Source: an uncultured delta proteobacterium
GTDB taxonomy: Bacteria > Myxococcota > Myxococcia > Myxococcales > Anaeromyxobacteraceae
NCBI GenBank assembly: GCA_963845515.1
Contig: CAWJSR010000003.1
Location: 96,001-160,000 of the forward strand
Reading direction: 5' to 3'
DNA: 64,000 nucleotides
Below the pieces are notes generated by a model, which worked only from the letters and a program-made list of their open reading frames with translations, searched no databases and had not been told where the DNA came from. Within the stretch, counting starts at the first letter, position 1. The number at the start of each line of letters is the position of its first letter. Made by a program: the position numbers and the translations under genes. Positions 49,295 to 64,000 of the stretch are shown piece after piece.

Positions 49295-50863
49295 ATGGCG
49301 CAGCCGGTCGAGCCCCACGACGTCCACGAGGCCATCGTCGACGAGGCGATCCAGGCCGTCCTCTCGACGGTGGACCTCGACGCGGTCCTGGAGCGGACGA
49401 GCGCGCTGCTGAACCGGCGCTTCGGCGAGACGGGGGTGGCGATCCTCCGGGTCGACGGGCAGCCACCGGGCAAGGCCGTGCTGGCGCTCGTCTCCGACCC
49501 ACGCCACCCGCGGGCCATGGTGCGCGCCGCCATCGACCTCGCGGGGACCGCCGCGGGGCGCGCGCTCGAGCTGCGCGAGCCCGTGGTCCTCGACCCGCTC
49601 GACGAGGCCAGCCCCCGCTTCGCCGAGGAGAGGCGGCTTGCGGGGCTCGGCTGGGGCTCGCTCGCCACCTTTCCGCTCGCGTTCGAGGGGCGGCTCCTCG
49701 GCGCGCTGCAGATGGCCAGCCTCCCCGGCGAGTCACTGCCGGAGTGCTGCGTCGCGGTCGCGCGGCGCGTGGCCCATCTGGTGGCCATCGCCCTCCAGAA
49801 CAGCCTCATGGTGGGCGAGATCCGGCGGCTGAACCAGCTGCTCGGCTCGGAGAACGCGCTGCTGCGCGAGGAGCTGCGGCACGGGCGCGAGGACGATCGC
49901 TACGTCGCCGAGAGCCCTTCGATGAAGGCGGCGCTGGAGCAGGTCCGGCGCGTCGCCGCGTCCGACTCCACGGTCCTGATCCGCGGTGAGACGGGGACCG
50001 GCAAGGAGGGGCTCGCGCGCAGGGTCCACGACTTCTCCCCGAGATCCGGCAAGCCGTTCGTCGCCGTCAACCTGGCGGCCCTCCCCGAGGGGCTCGTCGA
50101 GTCCGAGCTCTTCGGTCACGAGAAGGGGGCGTTCACCGGCGCGCTGCGGCGGCGCCCCGGCCGCTTCGAGCAGGCGGACGGCGGGACGATCTTCCTCGAC
50201 GAGGTCGGCGACGCCCCGCCATCGGTCCAGGTGCGGCTGCTCCGCGTGCTCCAGGAGAAGGAGCTGGATCGCGTGGGCGGCACCGAGCCGGTGAAGGTGG
50301 ACGTCCGGATCGTGGCGGCGACCAACCGCGATCTCGAGGCGCGCGTCGCGGCCGGCATCTTCCGCGAGGATCTCTACTACCGGCTCGCCGTCTTCCCGAT
50401 CTCGCTGCCCCCCCTGCGAGAACGCGCGGAGGACGTCCGGCCGCTCGTCGAGCACTTCCTGGCGCGCCACTCAGCGCTCCTGAACCGCCCTCCGCCGGAG
50501 GTGCCGGAGCAGCTATGGGCGGCGCTGAAGGGACACGCGTGGCCTGGGAACGTCCGGGAGCTGGAGAACCTCGTCCAGCGTGCGCTCATCCTCTCGCCTG
50601 GGCCGGTGCTGGAGCTCCCCGGGCCGCTGGGTGGGGAGCCGACGCGGGGGGCGGCACCGGTGGCGCCGCCAGAGGTGGACGAGCGCCCTCCAGGGACCTT
50701 CGACGACGAGGTGCGCGGGGTCATCGAGCGGGCGCTCGACGGCTGCGGCGGCCGCGTGTACGGCCCCCACGGCGCGGCCGCGCGCCTCGGGCTCAAGCCG
50801 TCCACGCTCCAGGGCAAGATGAAGCGGTACGGCGTGCCCGACGGCCGCGGCCGGAAGGACTGA
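49295..50863 (+). CDS. sigma54-dependent transcriptional activator with GAF domain (FhlA-like)
   Basis: GAF N-terminus; [64 protein letters not shown]. Confidence 0.95.
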   Translation: MAQPVEPHDVHEAIVDEAIQAVLSTVDLDAVLERTSALLNRRFGETGVAILRVDGQPPGKAVLALVSDPRHPRAMVRAAIDLAGTAAGRALELREPVVLDPLDEASPRFAEERRLAGLGWGSLATFPLAFEGRLLGALQMASLPGESLPECCVAVARRVAHLVAIALQNSLMVGEIRRLNQLLGSENALLREELRHGREDDRYVAESPSMKAALEQVRRVAASDSTVLIRGETGTGKEGLARRVHDFSPRSGKPFVAVNLAALPEGLVESELFGHEKGAFTGALRRRPGRFEQADGGTIFLDEVGDAPPSVQVRLLRVLQEKELDRVGGTEPVKVDVRIVAATNRDLEARVAAGIFREDLYYRLAVFPISLPPLRERAEDVRPLVEHFLARHSALLNRPPPEVPEQLWAALKGHAWPGNVRELENLVQRALILSPGPVLELPGPLGGEPTRGAAPVAPPEVDERPPGTFDDEVRGVIERALDGCGGRVYGPHGAAARLGLKPSTLQGKMKRYGVPDGRGRKD

Positions 50864-50869
50864 GTTTCT

Positions 50870-50907
50870 CCCTCACCCTGTCCCTCTCCCTCAATGAGGG
50901 AGAGGGG
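50870..50907. repeat. BoxC-like palindromic repeat (copy F)
   Basis: CCCTCACCCTGT-CCCTCTCCCTCA-A-TGAGGGAGAGGG between convergent genes. Confidence 0.8.
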
Positions 50908-50913
50908 AGGTAG

Positions 50914-51204
50914 CTACGGTTTCACCTCGACCCAGTACCCCGAGTCCTCGGTCCAGACCTTCTTGGTCGGCTCGTCCGCGCGCAGCCGCGCGTGGAAGGA
51001 GTCGTAGAAGTGCTTCCACTCCTGGGAGCCCTCGGTCTCGTGCTTCATCAGGAACTTCTGGACGAGGCGCGGCTCGGTCGGGAGGTTCGGGAAGAAGGCG
51101 GCGAGCTCGACCATCGTCAGCTCCAGCGGAGTCGACGAATGGTACTGCTGGACGACGTTCTCCCAGGCCTGGATGGAGAGCTTGGCGTTTGGGTACTTTT
51201 CCAT
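50914..51204 (-). CDS. Hypothetical protein (96 aa)
   Basis: MEKYPNAKLSIQAWEN...GYWVEVKP; strong GC3 codon bias; fills the intergenic gap. Confidence 0.75.
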   Translation of the reverse strand: MEKYPNAKLSIQAWENVVQQYHSSTPLELTMVELAAFFPNLPTEPRLVQKFLMKHETEGSQEWKHFYDSFHARLRADEPTKKVWTEDSGYWVEVKP

Positions 51205-51245
51205 GTTGTCGATGCTACCAGATGCCGCACCGTCCGGTCCTGCCC

Positions 51246-51286
51246 GAAAGAAGATGCCGCCCCCCGGAGCGCTCCCGGGGGGCGGC
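51246..51286 (-). terminator. Rho-independent terminator after metY
   Basis: GCCGCCCCCCGG...CCGGGGGGCGGC stem followed by ATCTTCTTTC on the minus strand. Confidence 0.75.
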
Positions 51287-51308
51287 GATGGATGCTGACG
51301 CGGTGCGG

Positions 51309-52710
<1,402 letters not shown>

Positions 52711-52861
52711 GCGCGACTGCGAGAACCCGTAGGGGTGTCGCAGAGTGGAAGTGATTCCGTTGTAGCGGACGACGCGGCGACTTTCGCCTCGGGGCCCGCG
52801 CCCGGGGTCGCGCCCCGCCGGATCTACCGCTAGATTCGTGCGGATCCGTCTGGAGGACCAC

Positions 52862-54682
52862 GTGACCGCACCCGAGCCCCGCAACGTCCCCGAGCTCTTC
52901 CTGGAGCGAGTCGGCCTCACCCCGGATGACGAGGCCTTCCGCCACCCGGCCCCCGGCGGCGGGTGGACCTCGCTCACCTGGGAGGAGACGGAGCAGCGCG
53001 TCCGCGCGGTCGCCTCCGGGCTGAAGGCCATGGGCTTCGCCTCCGGGGACGTCGGGGCGATCCTCTCCTCGACCCGCATCGAGTGGATCCTCGCCGACTT
53101 CGGGATCCTCTTCGCAGCGGGTGCGACCACCACGATCTATCCGTCCTCCACGGCCGAGGACTGCGGGCACATCCTCGCCGACTCGGGCGCGACGGTGGCC
53201 TTCGTCGAGGACGCCGAGCAGGTGGCGAAGGTGGTCTCGCGCCGCAGCGAGCTGCCACACCTGCGCCACGTGGTCGTGTTCGATGGCGTGGGGAGCGGGG
53301 ACGGCTGGGTGCTGGCGCTCTCGTCGGTCGAGGCGAGCGGGCGCGAGTGGGACCGCGTGCACCCCGGCCACTTCGAGGAGGCGGCCCAGGCGATCCCCGG
53401 CGACGCGCTCGCGACCGTCATCTACACCTCGGGCACCACCGGCAAGCCGAAGGGCGTGGAGCTGACCCACGGCTGCTGGGTCTCGCAGTCGGCGGCGGTG
53501 GTCGAGTCCGGCATCCTGCGGGCGCCGAACCATGTCCAGCTCTTCTGGCTCCCGCTGGCCCACTCCTTCGGGAAGATGATCGGGACGGCGCAGCTCCGGA
53601 TCGGGTTTCCCACGGCGATCGACGGACGGGTCGACAAGCTGGTCGAGAACCTCGCGGCCGTCCGCCCGACCTTCGTCTGCGCGGTCCCCCGCATCTTCGA
53701 GAAGGTGCGCAACAAGGTCATCCAGAGCGCGCGCGATGGGGGCGCGGTCAGGACCGCCATCCTCAGGTGGGCGATCGAGATCGGGCTGGTGGCCAGGCGG
53801 ATCGAGCGGGCCGGCGGGCGTCCGGGCGCCCTGCTCGTCGCGCAGCGCCTGCTGGCCGACAGGCTCGTCTACTCGAAGGTGCGGGCGCTCTTCGGGGGCA
53901 GGCTCCAGTTCTTCGTCTCCGGGAGCGCCCCGCTCTCGCGCGACGTCGCCGAGTTCTGGGACGCGGTCGGCGTGGAGATCCTGGAGGGCTACGGCCTGAC
54001 CGAGTCGTCTGCGGCGACCCACTGCAACCGCCCCGGGAGCAACCGGGTCGGCACGGTGGGCCCGCCCCTGCGCGGGATCGAGGTCCGGCTCGCCGAGGAC
54101 GGGGAGGTGCTCATGCGCGGGCCGTGGATCATGCGCGGGTACCGGGGGCTGGCGGAGGCGACCGGGGAGGCGCTCGACGCGGAGGGGTGGCTCCACACCG
54201 GGGACATCGGAGCCACGTCGCCGGACGGCTACCTCTCGATCACCGATCGGAAGAAGGACCTGATCAAGACGTCTGGCGGAAAGTTCATCTCGCCGACCGA
54301 GATCGAGGCGCGGCTGAAGGCGCTCTCGCCGCTGGTCGCCAACGTGCTGGTCCACGGTGACCGGCGGAACTACGTCAGCGCGCTCCTGACCCTGGATCCC
54401 GACGCGGGCCGGGCCTGGGCGGCGCGGCACGGTCTCCAGTCGCTCGGGCCGGAGGCGCTGGCAGCGCACCCGCTCCTGCAGGCCAGGCTCCAGCGTGACG
54501 TCGACAAGCTCAACGCCAACCTCCCGCGCTTCGCGACGGTGAAGCGCTTCACCGTCCTGCCGCGGGACTTCAGCGAGGCGGAGGGGGAGCTGACGCCGTC
54601 CCAGAAGGTGAAGCGGAAGCTGGTCGAGCTGCGCTACATGCCCCTCCTCGACGCCATGTACGACGGAGAGCAGGCCACCTGA
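52862..54682 (+). CDS. Long-chain fatty acid--CoA ligase
   Basis: GGAGG RBS; IYTSGTTGKPKG, LPLAH, VPRIFEK, EGYGLTE, WLHTGD, DRKKDLI, ELTPSQKVKR. Confidence 0.94.
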   Translation: MTAPEPRNVPELFLERVGLTPDDEAFRHPAPGGGWTSLTWEETEQRVRAVASGLKAMGFASGDVGAILSSTRIEWILADFGILFAAGATTTIYPSSTAEDCGHILADSGATVAFVEDAEQVAKVVSRRSELPHLRHVVVFDGVGSGDGWVLALSSVEASGREWDRVHPGHFEEAAQAIPGDALATVIYTSGTTGKPKGVELTHGCWVSQSAAVVESGILRAPNHVQLFWLPLAHSFGKMIGTAQLRIGFPTAIDGRVDKLVENLAAVRPTFVCAVPRIFEKVRNKVIQSARDGGAVRTAILRWAIEIGLVARRIERAGGRPGALLVAQRLLADRLVYSKVRALFGGRLQFFVSGSAPLSRDVAEFWDAVGVEILEGYGLTESSAATHCNRPGSNRVGTVGPPLRGIEVRLAEDGEVLMRGPWIMRGYRGLAEATGEALDAEGWLHTGDIGATSPDGYLSITDRKKDLIKTSGGKFISPTEIEARLKALSPLVANVLVHGDRRNYVSALLTLDPDAGRAWAARHGLQSLGPEALAAHPLLQARLQRDVDKLNANLPRFATVKRFTVLPRDFSEAEGELTPSQKVKRKLVELRYMPLLDAMYDGEQAT

Positions 54683-54790
54683 CGAGCGCCGGCCAGCCTG
54701 GGAGCAGGGCGGGCCCGTGGTCGCGTGATTGACGCTCGCCCCGTCCGCTGCGAGCATCGTACCAATCGCGGGACCGGGAGGCCCGCGTCG

Positions 54791-55843
54791 ATGGAGCCCA
54801 GCCCGTCCTCCAGCCGCCGGTCCACTCTGCTCGTAGCGGTCGGCCTCGTCCTGGCCGGCCTGCTTCCGGTCGCCGCGCGCGGTGGCGTCCCGGTCGGACT
54901 CTACCCGCTCCAGGCGGAGGGGCTGAGCGAGGGGGAGCGGTCGGAGGTGCAGGCGATCGTGGAGTCGGCCCTCCAGTCCTCCGCTCCGCGGGGCGTGCTG
55001 GAGCCGCGATCCCCGCTCATACTGCCGGGGACCTGCAAGCCCCCCATCACCGTAGGCTGCGTGGCGACGCTGGCGAAGGGCGGAGTCGTCCTCTACGCGA
55101 AGGCGAAGCGGCGAGGGGCGCAGATCCAGGTGACCGTCCTGTTCGTCGACGCCGCGGGCAGGAGGACCCGCGCCGCGGCCTTCCCCGTCGACCTCTTCAT
55201 ACAGAACCTCCGCCCCGCCAACGACGCGCTCGCGAGCGTCGAGGCCGAGCTGGCGGCCGGCGCGCTGGAGGATCCCACGCCGCCTCCGGCCCCTGCGCAA
55301 GCACCGCGTCCCGAGCGCCAGGCGACCGCCGAGCCGACGGAGACTGCCCGGGGCGGGCGTCCTGAAGACAAGGAGGCGCCGCCGCCCGAGCCGCGCCAGC
55401 CACCGGCCGTGGCCGGCAGCGCCCCCGAGCGGCTCGAAGAGCCACCCAGGCCGCCGCCCAGGGGCTCGGCCCCGCTCGACCTCACCCCCCGGCCGAAGGC
55501 CGAGCCGCCCAGTGCCCCTCGCGGCGCGGCTCCCGCCCCGACGGGACGCGACTGGCGACTGACTGCCGGGAGGTGGGGGACCGGCGGCGGGCTCGCGATG
55601 ATCACGGCCGGTGCGGTCTTCGGGCTGTCCGGGAAGCGGCTCGCCGACGCGCTGCAGGATCGCTACGACCGGCGCGCGCTCCGGCCCGAGGACGATCGCC
55701 TCTTCGACCGCGTGGAGCTGTACGAGCGGCTCTCCAACCTCCTCTTCGTCGCTGGCGGCGCCGCCACCGCCGCGGGGCTCACGTTCCAGGTGCTGGCGCC
55801 GGCGGGTGGCGGGGCCGGCGTCGCGATGGCGGGGACCTTCTGA
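54791..55843 (+). CDS. Exported hypothetical protein with Pro-rich linker and hydrophobic C-terminal region
   Basis: Signal-like N-terminus, Cys pair, PPPAP-rich linker, C-terminal G/A-rich helices ending AGTF. Confidence 0.7.
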   Translation: MEPSPSSSRRSTLLVAVGLVLAGLLPVAARGGVPVGLYPLQAEGLSEGERSEVQAIVESALQSSAPRGVLEPRSPLILPGTCKPPITVGCVATLAKGGVVLYAKAKRRGAQIQVTVLFVDAAGRRTRAAAFPVDLFIQNLRPANDALASVEAELAAGALEDPTPPPAPAQAPRPERQATAEPTETARGGRPEDKEAPPPEPRQPPAVAGSAPERLEEPPRPPPRGSAPLDLTPRPKAEPPSAPRGAAPAPTGRDWRLTAGRWGTGGGLAMITAGAVFGLSGKRLADALQDRYDRRALRPEDDRLFDRVELYERLSNLLFVAGGAATAAGLTFQVLAPAGGGAGVAMAGTF

Positions 55844-57223
55844 TGTCCATCCGCCCGCTGCTGCTCGCCCTCCTCGCAGCCGCTGCCGTCGCTGGCTGCA
55901 AGCTCGATCCAGAGGGGCGCTGCGACTCGCGCGCCGACTGTCCGGCGGGGCTCGACTGTCTCAACCGGGTCTGCGCGAACTGCACCGGCGACGCGGACTG
56001 CTGGTCGCACACCGCCTGTTCGGCGGCCGGGCTCTGCGAGCTGCGGGCCGCGCGCTGCTGGACCGACGCCGACTGCTCCAGCTGGGATCTCTGCGACGGC
56101 AGCCACACCTGCACCCTTCGCCCGAACCGCTGCCCCACCGTCGCCTGCGGCGGGATCACCCGCTGCGATCAGGAGCACAACTGCACGCCGCAGCCAGGGC
56201 GGTGCGCCGTGGACGGTGACTGCGCCGCCTGGATGGCAGGCTGCGACGGGGCGAGCCAGACCTGCACGTTCAGCGCGACGGCGGGCGACGACGTGGTCGC
56301 GTGGGGGACCCTGGCAGAGGGGCGGGACGATCGCGGCGCCGCGGCGCGCGTGACCGCGCCGACGAAGGTGGAGGTCGGGTTCGACGCCGGCTCGGGCGGG
56401 GAGGGCTCGGGGATCGTCGACCCGGCGACCGGTGATCTCGTTCACCGTGGCCTGCTCGATCCGTCCACCGGCGAGCTGGTCTACCGGCACGTCGGCGACC
56501 CCGACGGCGACACGCTCCGTCGCTTCAACCGGGACGCGGTCACGATGGATCCGGTGACGGGGCTCTCGACCTATCCGGCGGCGCCGTCGACCGATGACGA
56601 GCTCGCCATCGGCGCCATCAGGTGCCCCAAGACCTGGAACCGGTGGATCATGCAGGGCTGGAGCGGACCCGTCGCGGTCGCGGCTCCGCGGCCGCTCCTC
56701 TACGGCTGCCCGACGTACTCGGGGTGGGACTTCTACGCGAGCGGCGCCAGCACGCCTAAGCTCTCCTCGGTTCGAGGGGTATACGCGTGGAACGCCGATG
56801 GATACCTGCTCGTGCGGTCGGGCGCTGGCGTGCTCCAGGTCGTGAGCCCGACCGGTGTCGCCACGGCGGTCTCGGCGAGCCTGCCGGCCGGGACCCACCT
56901 CGCCTACAGGACGACGGCCGACGTCTGGGTCAACGCGCCAGGCTTCCGCGTGGCGCTGAGGCGCGACGACACGGGGGCGGACGAGCTCTGGGAGATCGAT
57001 GAGGTGACGGCGACTGCCGCGCTCGCCGGGACCTATCCGGCCGTGGCCGGCGGCTACGCCGATCCGGCGTGGGAGGTCATCGACCAGGCCGGCGCGCTCT
57101 ACGGTCGCGCCTACCTGGGCTCGGAGGTGATCCTCAAGCGGCCGCTCTCGGGCTCGACCACCACCCCCGTCTACTCGGAGGCTGCCATGCCGGCGGGATC
57201 CAACGACTTCTCGGCCGCCAGCT

Positions 57224-60010
<2,787 letters not shown>

Positions 60011-60136
60011 GGATGCTTAATGGGCGCGGATCGCCGGCGGATCAAGCGGTCGCTGGCTCCCGTCAGGGTGTTGCGCTCGCAGTGCGGTCCCGGCAGGGAT
60101 TAGACCACGCGATGTCGGCGCGTTTGCGGAGGCGGC

Positions 60137-60559
60137 ATGACCGAAGGACACTCGTGGAGCGACTGGCTGGAAATCGGCGACGGCGATCTCGACCACGACC
60201 ACCACCTGCAGATGCGCCTGATGAGCGCCCTCATCGACGCGATCGAGGAGGGCAGGCCGTGGCTCGCACACAGGCTCGCGGCGCACCTCCGCGACGCCAG
60301 TACCGTTCACTTCGCCGCCGAGGAGGACAGGATGTTGGCCTCGGGCTACCCCGAGCGCACGGCGCACAGGCGCGAGCACGACACCCTCCTTGCTCAGATG
60401 AGCGAGCTCGTCGAGCTGGTCGACGGGGCGGACACGGCCCCCGCGATCGCGGCAGGGCTGGACCTCCGCTCGACCCTCGCGAACCACATCGGGACGTTCG
60501 ACCGTCGCTTCGCGGCCCACCAGCAGGCGCGCAGCGAGGCTCGCCCCGTGGCTCCGTGA
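60137..60559 (+). CDS. Bacteriohemerythrin-like protein
   Basis: W...LEIG...D.DH, HFAAEE..M...YP...H..EH, HI...D. Confidence 0.88.
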   Translation: MTEGHSWSDWLEIGDGDLDHDHHLQMRLMSALIDAIEEGRPWLAHRLAAHLRDASTVHFAAEEDRMLASGYPERTAHRREHDTLLAQMSELVELVDGADTAPAIAAGLDLRSTLANHIGTFDRRFAAHQQARSEARPVAP

Positions 60560-60713
60560 GGGGCGGCCGGCAGTTGCCCCGGGCTCAAACGGTCATTAAC
60601 TCCTCCTGAACGGTGGCCCCCTTGCGGCGCCGACCCGCGCTGCTGTAGGGCTACTGGGTACTTGCGTACTTTTGCCGCCCCCGAACGGGGGAGGCGACCA
60701 TCAGGAGAGTGAA

Positions 60714-62112
60714 ATGGCAGCTCCGCGCCTACCGTGGACCAGGCACCCCGTTGGCTTCGTCGGCGCGATCGTCGCGACCATCTCGGCCATCCTGATCCTC
60801 TCGCTCTTCGTCGCACGGGCTGGCGGGGTACGAGGGCGGGCCCTACATCGGCGTCGTCGCCTACTCGGTCTTCCCGGGGCTCTTCGTCGGCGGCCTCCTG
60901 ATGATCCCGCTCGGCCTCTGGATGGAGCGGCGCCGGCTGCTCCAGCTCGCCGCGACCGGCGGCCTGGAGCCGCCGCTCTGGAAGATCGACCTCAACGACT
61001 CGCACCACCGGCGGCGCTTCATCTGGTTCGTCGGCCTCACGGTGATCAACCTCGTGATCATCGGGATCGCCAGCTACAAGGGGCTGGAGGTGATGGACTC
61101 GCCCGAGTTCTGCGGCTCCTGCCACTCGGTCATGGATCCCGAGTACGCGGCGTACAAGGCCTCTCCGCACGCGCGCGTGCGCTGCGTCGAGTGTCACATC
61201 GGCCGGGGCGCGAGCTGGTTCGTGAAGTCGAAGCTCTCCGGCTCCTGGCAGCTCATCTCGGTCAACCTCGGCCTCTACCCGAAGCCGATCCCGACGCCGG
61301 TGCACGACCTGCGCCCGGCGCGCGAGACCTGCGAGGAGTGCCACTGGCCGGACAAGTTCACCGGCGACAAGTTCCTCGTCCGCAACCACTACGACGAGGA
61401 CGAGGCCAGCACCGAGAAGAAGTCGGTGATCATCCTCAAGGTCGGCGGCGGCACGCCGGATCGCGGCCAGGGGATCCACTGGCACGTGATGCCCGGGGTC
61501 GCGATCCGCTACCAGGCGGACGAGAAGCGGCAGGAGATCGGCGTCGTGGAGGCGAAGCTCCCCGGCGGCGTGACCCGGGTCTACTCCAGGAAGGGGGCGA
61601 AGCCGGCCGGCGACAGCTGGAGGACGATGGACTGCATCGACTGCCACAACCGCCCCACGCACCAGTTCAAGCCGGCCGAGGCGGTGGTCGATCACGCCAT
61701 CGAGATCGGCAAGGTCGACCGGTCGCTGCCGTTCGTCCGGCGCGAGGCGATGAAGGCGGTGAAGGCCGACTACCCGTCGCACGACGCGGCGCGGGCAGGG
61801 ATCCGCGGCGCGCTCCAGGGCTTCTACGCCTCCACCTACCCGGAGATCGCCAGCGCGAAGGCGGCGCTGATCGACCAGGCCGCCGACGCGCTGATCGAGG
61901 GCTACACGACGCACGTCTGGCCGCAGATGAAGATCACGTGGGGGACCTATCCGTCCTTCCTCGGTCACGAGCAGGCGACCGGCTGCTTCCGCTGCCACGA
62001 CGAGGAGCACACGGCGGAGGACGGCAAGACGATCTCGCAGGACTGCGGCCTGTGTCACAACCTGCTGGCAGACCGCGAGGCCGACCCGGCCATCCTGAAG
62101 CAGCTGAAGTAG
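60714..62112 (+). CDS. imcH: ImcH-like NapC/NirT-family inner-membrane multiheme cytochrome c (+1 frameshift near 60815)
   Basis: Three TM segments, PYIG..FPG, IDLND; FCGSCH, SPHARVRCVECH, LRPARETCEECHWP, GIHWH, MDCIDCHNRPTH, MKITW.TYP...GH...GCFRCHD, DCGLCH: six CxxCH. Confidence 0.82.
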
Positions 62113-62123
62113 CCCTGGCTCCT

Positions 62124-62160
62124 CCCTCACCCTGACCCTGCTCCCTCGTGGGGAGAGGGG
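62124..62160. repeat. BoxC-like palindromic repeat (copy G)
   Basis: CCCTCACCCTGACCCTGCTCCCTCGTGGGGAGAGGGG. Confidence 0.75.
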
Positions 62161-62236
62161 ATGCGGGGCCCGCCCGGGAGGCCCCGTCGGGGCGTGGCGA
62201 CCGCCAGCCCTCCCGCTCAGGTAATGGGGGGTGCCC

Positions 62237-64000
62237 ATGCCCCCTCCGCGGACGGTTTCGACCGGACAGCCTCGCTCCACCAATCGCCTCGCTGGCGAGG
62301 CGAGCCCATACCTGCTGGCGCACGCGCACAACCCGGTCGACTGGTATCCGTGGGGAGACGAGGCGTTCGAGGTCGCGAAGCGGACCGGACGGCCGGTCTT
62401 CCTCTCGGTCGGATACTCCACGTGCCACTGGTGCCACGTGATGGCCGAGGAGTCCTTCGAGGATCCCGAGATCGCGGCGGTCCTCAACGAGCGCTTCGTG
62501 GCCGTCAAGGTCGACCGCGAGGAGCGGCCGGACGTCGACGCGGTCTACATGGCGGCGACCCAGGCGCTCACCGGGGGCGGCGGCTGGCCGATGAGCGTCT
62601 GGCTGGATCACGAGCGGCGTCCCTTCCTGGCCGGCACCTACTTCCCGCCGCGCGACGGTGAGCGAGGTGCGCTCCGGGGCTTCCTCTCGGTGCTGCGCGA
62701 CGTGGCGGAGGCCTGGGACAAGACACCGGGCCGCGTCGAGTCGGTGGCAGTCAGGCTCGCCGATGCGGTCAAGCTCGCGCTCGGCAGCAGCGGCGGTCCC
62801 CACGAGGGCGCCCCGGGGGTGAAGGTGCTGGAGGCCGCGTACCACGCCTGCGCCGACGCCTTCGACGGGCGCCACGGCGGGCTCGTGGGCGCCCCCAAGT
62901 TCCCCTCCAGCTTCCCCGTCCGCTCGCTGCTCCGGTACCACCGCCGAAGCCGCGACCCGAAGGCGCTGGCGATGGCCGTCCTGACCCTCGAGGCGATGGA
63001 CGCCGGCGGCCTGCACGATCAGCTCGGCGGCGGCTTCCATCGCTACTCCACCGACGAGCGCTGGCTCGTGCCCCACTTCGAGAAGATGCTCTACGACAAC
63101 GCGCTCCTCGCGGTCGCCTACGCCGAGGCCTGGCAGGTGACGCGGAGGCCGGACTTCGAGCGGGTGGTGCGGACCACGCTCGACTACCTGCTGCGCGAGC
63201 TGGAGGCGCCCGACGGGGGCCTGTACTCCGCCACCGATGCCGACACCGAGGGGGAGGAGGGGCGCTACTTCGTCTGGACGGTGGAGGAGATCAGGAGCCT
63301 CCTCGGCGACGGCGCGCCGCGCTTCGAGGCATTCTACGGCGTCAGCGAGGCGGGGAACTTCCAGGACGAGAACGTGCTCCACGTGCCGCGCCCCGACGAG
63401 GCCGAGCAGGAGGCGCTCGCGCCCGCCCGCGCGCGGCTCCTCGCGGCCCGCGCCCGGCGCCCCGCTCCCCGCCGCGACGAGAAGCGGATCGCGGCGTGGA
63501 ACGGGCTCGCGATCTCGGCGCTCGCGTTCGGCGGGCGGGTGTTCGCCGAGCCGCGCTGGACAGGCGCGGCGGAGCGGACCGCCCGCTTCGTCCTGGGCTC
63601 GCTGCGGAGCGGCAGCCGGCTGCTCCGGAGCTTCACGGCCGGGCGTGGCTCTCCGGTCCGCGGCTTCCTCTCGGACCACGCCTTCGTGGCGCAGGGGCTG
63701 CTGGATCTCTACGAGGCGACCTTCGAGCCGCGCTGGCTCGAGGCTGCGCTCGCGATCGCCGACGCGACCGAGGAGCACTTCGCCGACCACGCCGGCGGGG
63801 GCTGGTTCGTCACGGCGTCCGACGGCGAGCAGCTGATCGCGCGCGAGAAGCCGACGCGTGACGGGGCCGAGCCGTCGGGGGCCTCGGTCGCGACGCTCAA
63901 CGCCCTTCGGCTGGCCGCCTTCACCGTGGACGAGCGGTGGCGCAGGATCGCGGAGGCGGCGCTCCGCGCCCACGGCCACACGCTCGAGACCTTCCCCACC
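62237..64000 (+). CDS. Thioredoxin domain-containing protein, YyaL/SSP411 family (3'-partial)
   Basis: [62 protein letters not shown]; runs off the window end, so absent from the ORF track. Confidence 0.94.
   Translation, partial: MPPPRTVSTGQPRSTNRLAGEASPYLLAHAHNPVDWYPWGDEAFEVAKRTGRPVFLSVGYSTCHWCHVMAEESFEDPEIAAVLNERFVAVKVDREERPDVDAVYMAATQALTGGGGWPMSVWLDHERRPFLAGTYFPPRDGERGALRGFLSVLRDVAEAWDKTPGRVESVAVRLADAVKLALGSSGGPHEGAPGVKVLEAAYHACADAFDGRHGGLVGAPKFPSSFPVRSLLRYHRRSRDPKALAMAVLTLEAMDAGGLHDQLGGGFHRYSTDERWLVPHFEKMLYDNALLAVAYAEAWQVTRRPDFERVVRTTLDYLLRELEAPDGGLYSATDADTEGEEGRYFVWTVEEIRSLLGDGAPRFEAFYGVSEAGNFQDENVLHVPRPDEAEQEALAPARARLLAARARRPAPRRDEKRIAAWNGLAISALAFGGRVFAEPRWTGAAERTARFVLGSLRSGSRLLRSFTAGRGSPVRGFLSDHAFVAQGLLDLYEATFEPRWLEAALAIADATEEHFADHAGGGWFVTASDGEQLIAREKPTRDGAEPSGASVATLNALRLAAFTVDERWRRIAEAALRAHGHTLETFPT

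Noticed and set aside
60560..60713. Cyclic dinucleotide (GEMM) riboswitch upstream of the imcH-like gene
   Set aside because: No GEMM-type GNAAA/tetraloop-receptor pattern recognised; only a small GC hairpin near the RBS.

Overview
Very GC-rich bacterial chromosomal segment. Gene content (ImcH-like cytochrome, AgmX-like and MshEN-REC-TPR proteins, Cys-rich lipoproteins) suggests an Anaeromyxobacter-like Myxococcota genome; this is an inference. Left to right: the 3' part of a Ni-CODH operon (cooS, cooC with a His-rich tail, cooF, FAD/NAD oxidoreductase); a sirtuin-YcaO-TfuA operon with no visible precursor peptide; a response regulator/FecR-Fn3/outer-membrane protein/Cys-rich lipoprotein/histidine kinase cluster; ybaK, glgP, lemA-TPM-TPM, radical SAM/XRE, nfeD-SPFH-mscS, tRNA-Ala(CGC); TPR and motility-type proteins; deoC-deoB-oppABCDF; a vapBC module; hemerythrin-YwiC-octaheme Hao-like genes; a second glucan phosphorylase, acsA, Usp and a sigma54 activator; metY, acyl-CoA ligase, acnA, hemerythrin, an ImcH-like cytochrome and a partial YyaL gene. 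At least eight intergenic BoxC-like palindromic repeats occur, two of them flanking a decayed DUF559 endonuclease relic. Several genes carry single-base frameshifts that may be assembly errors. All calls are from motif recognition by eye; no database searches were run.
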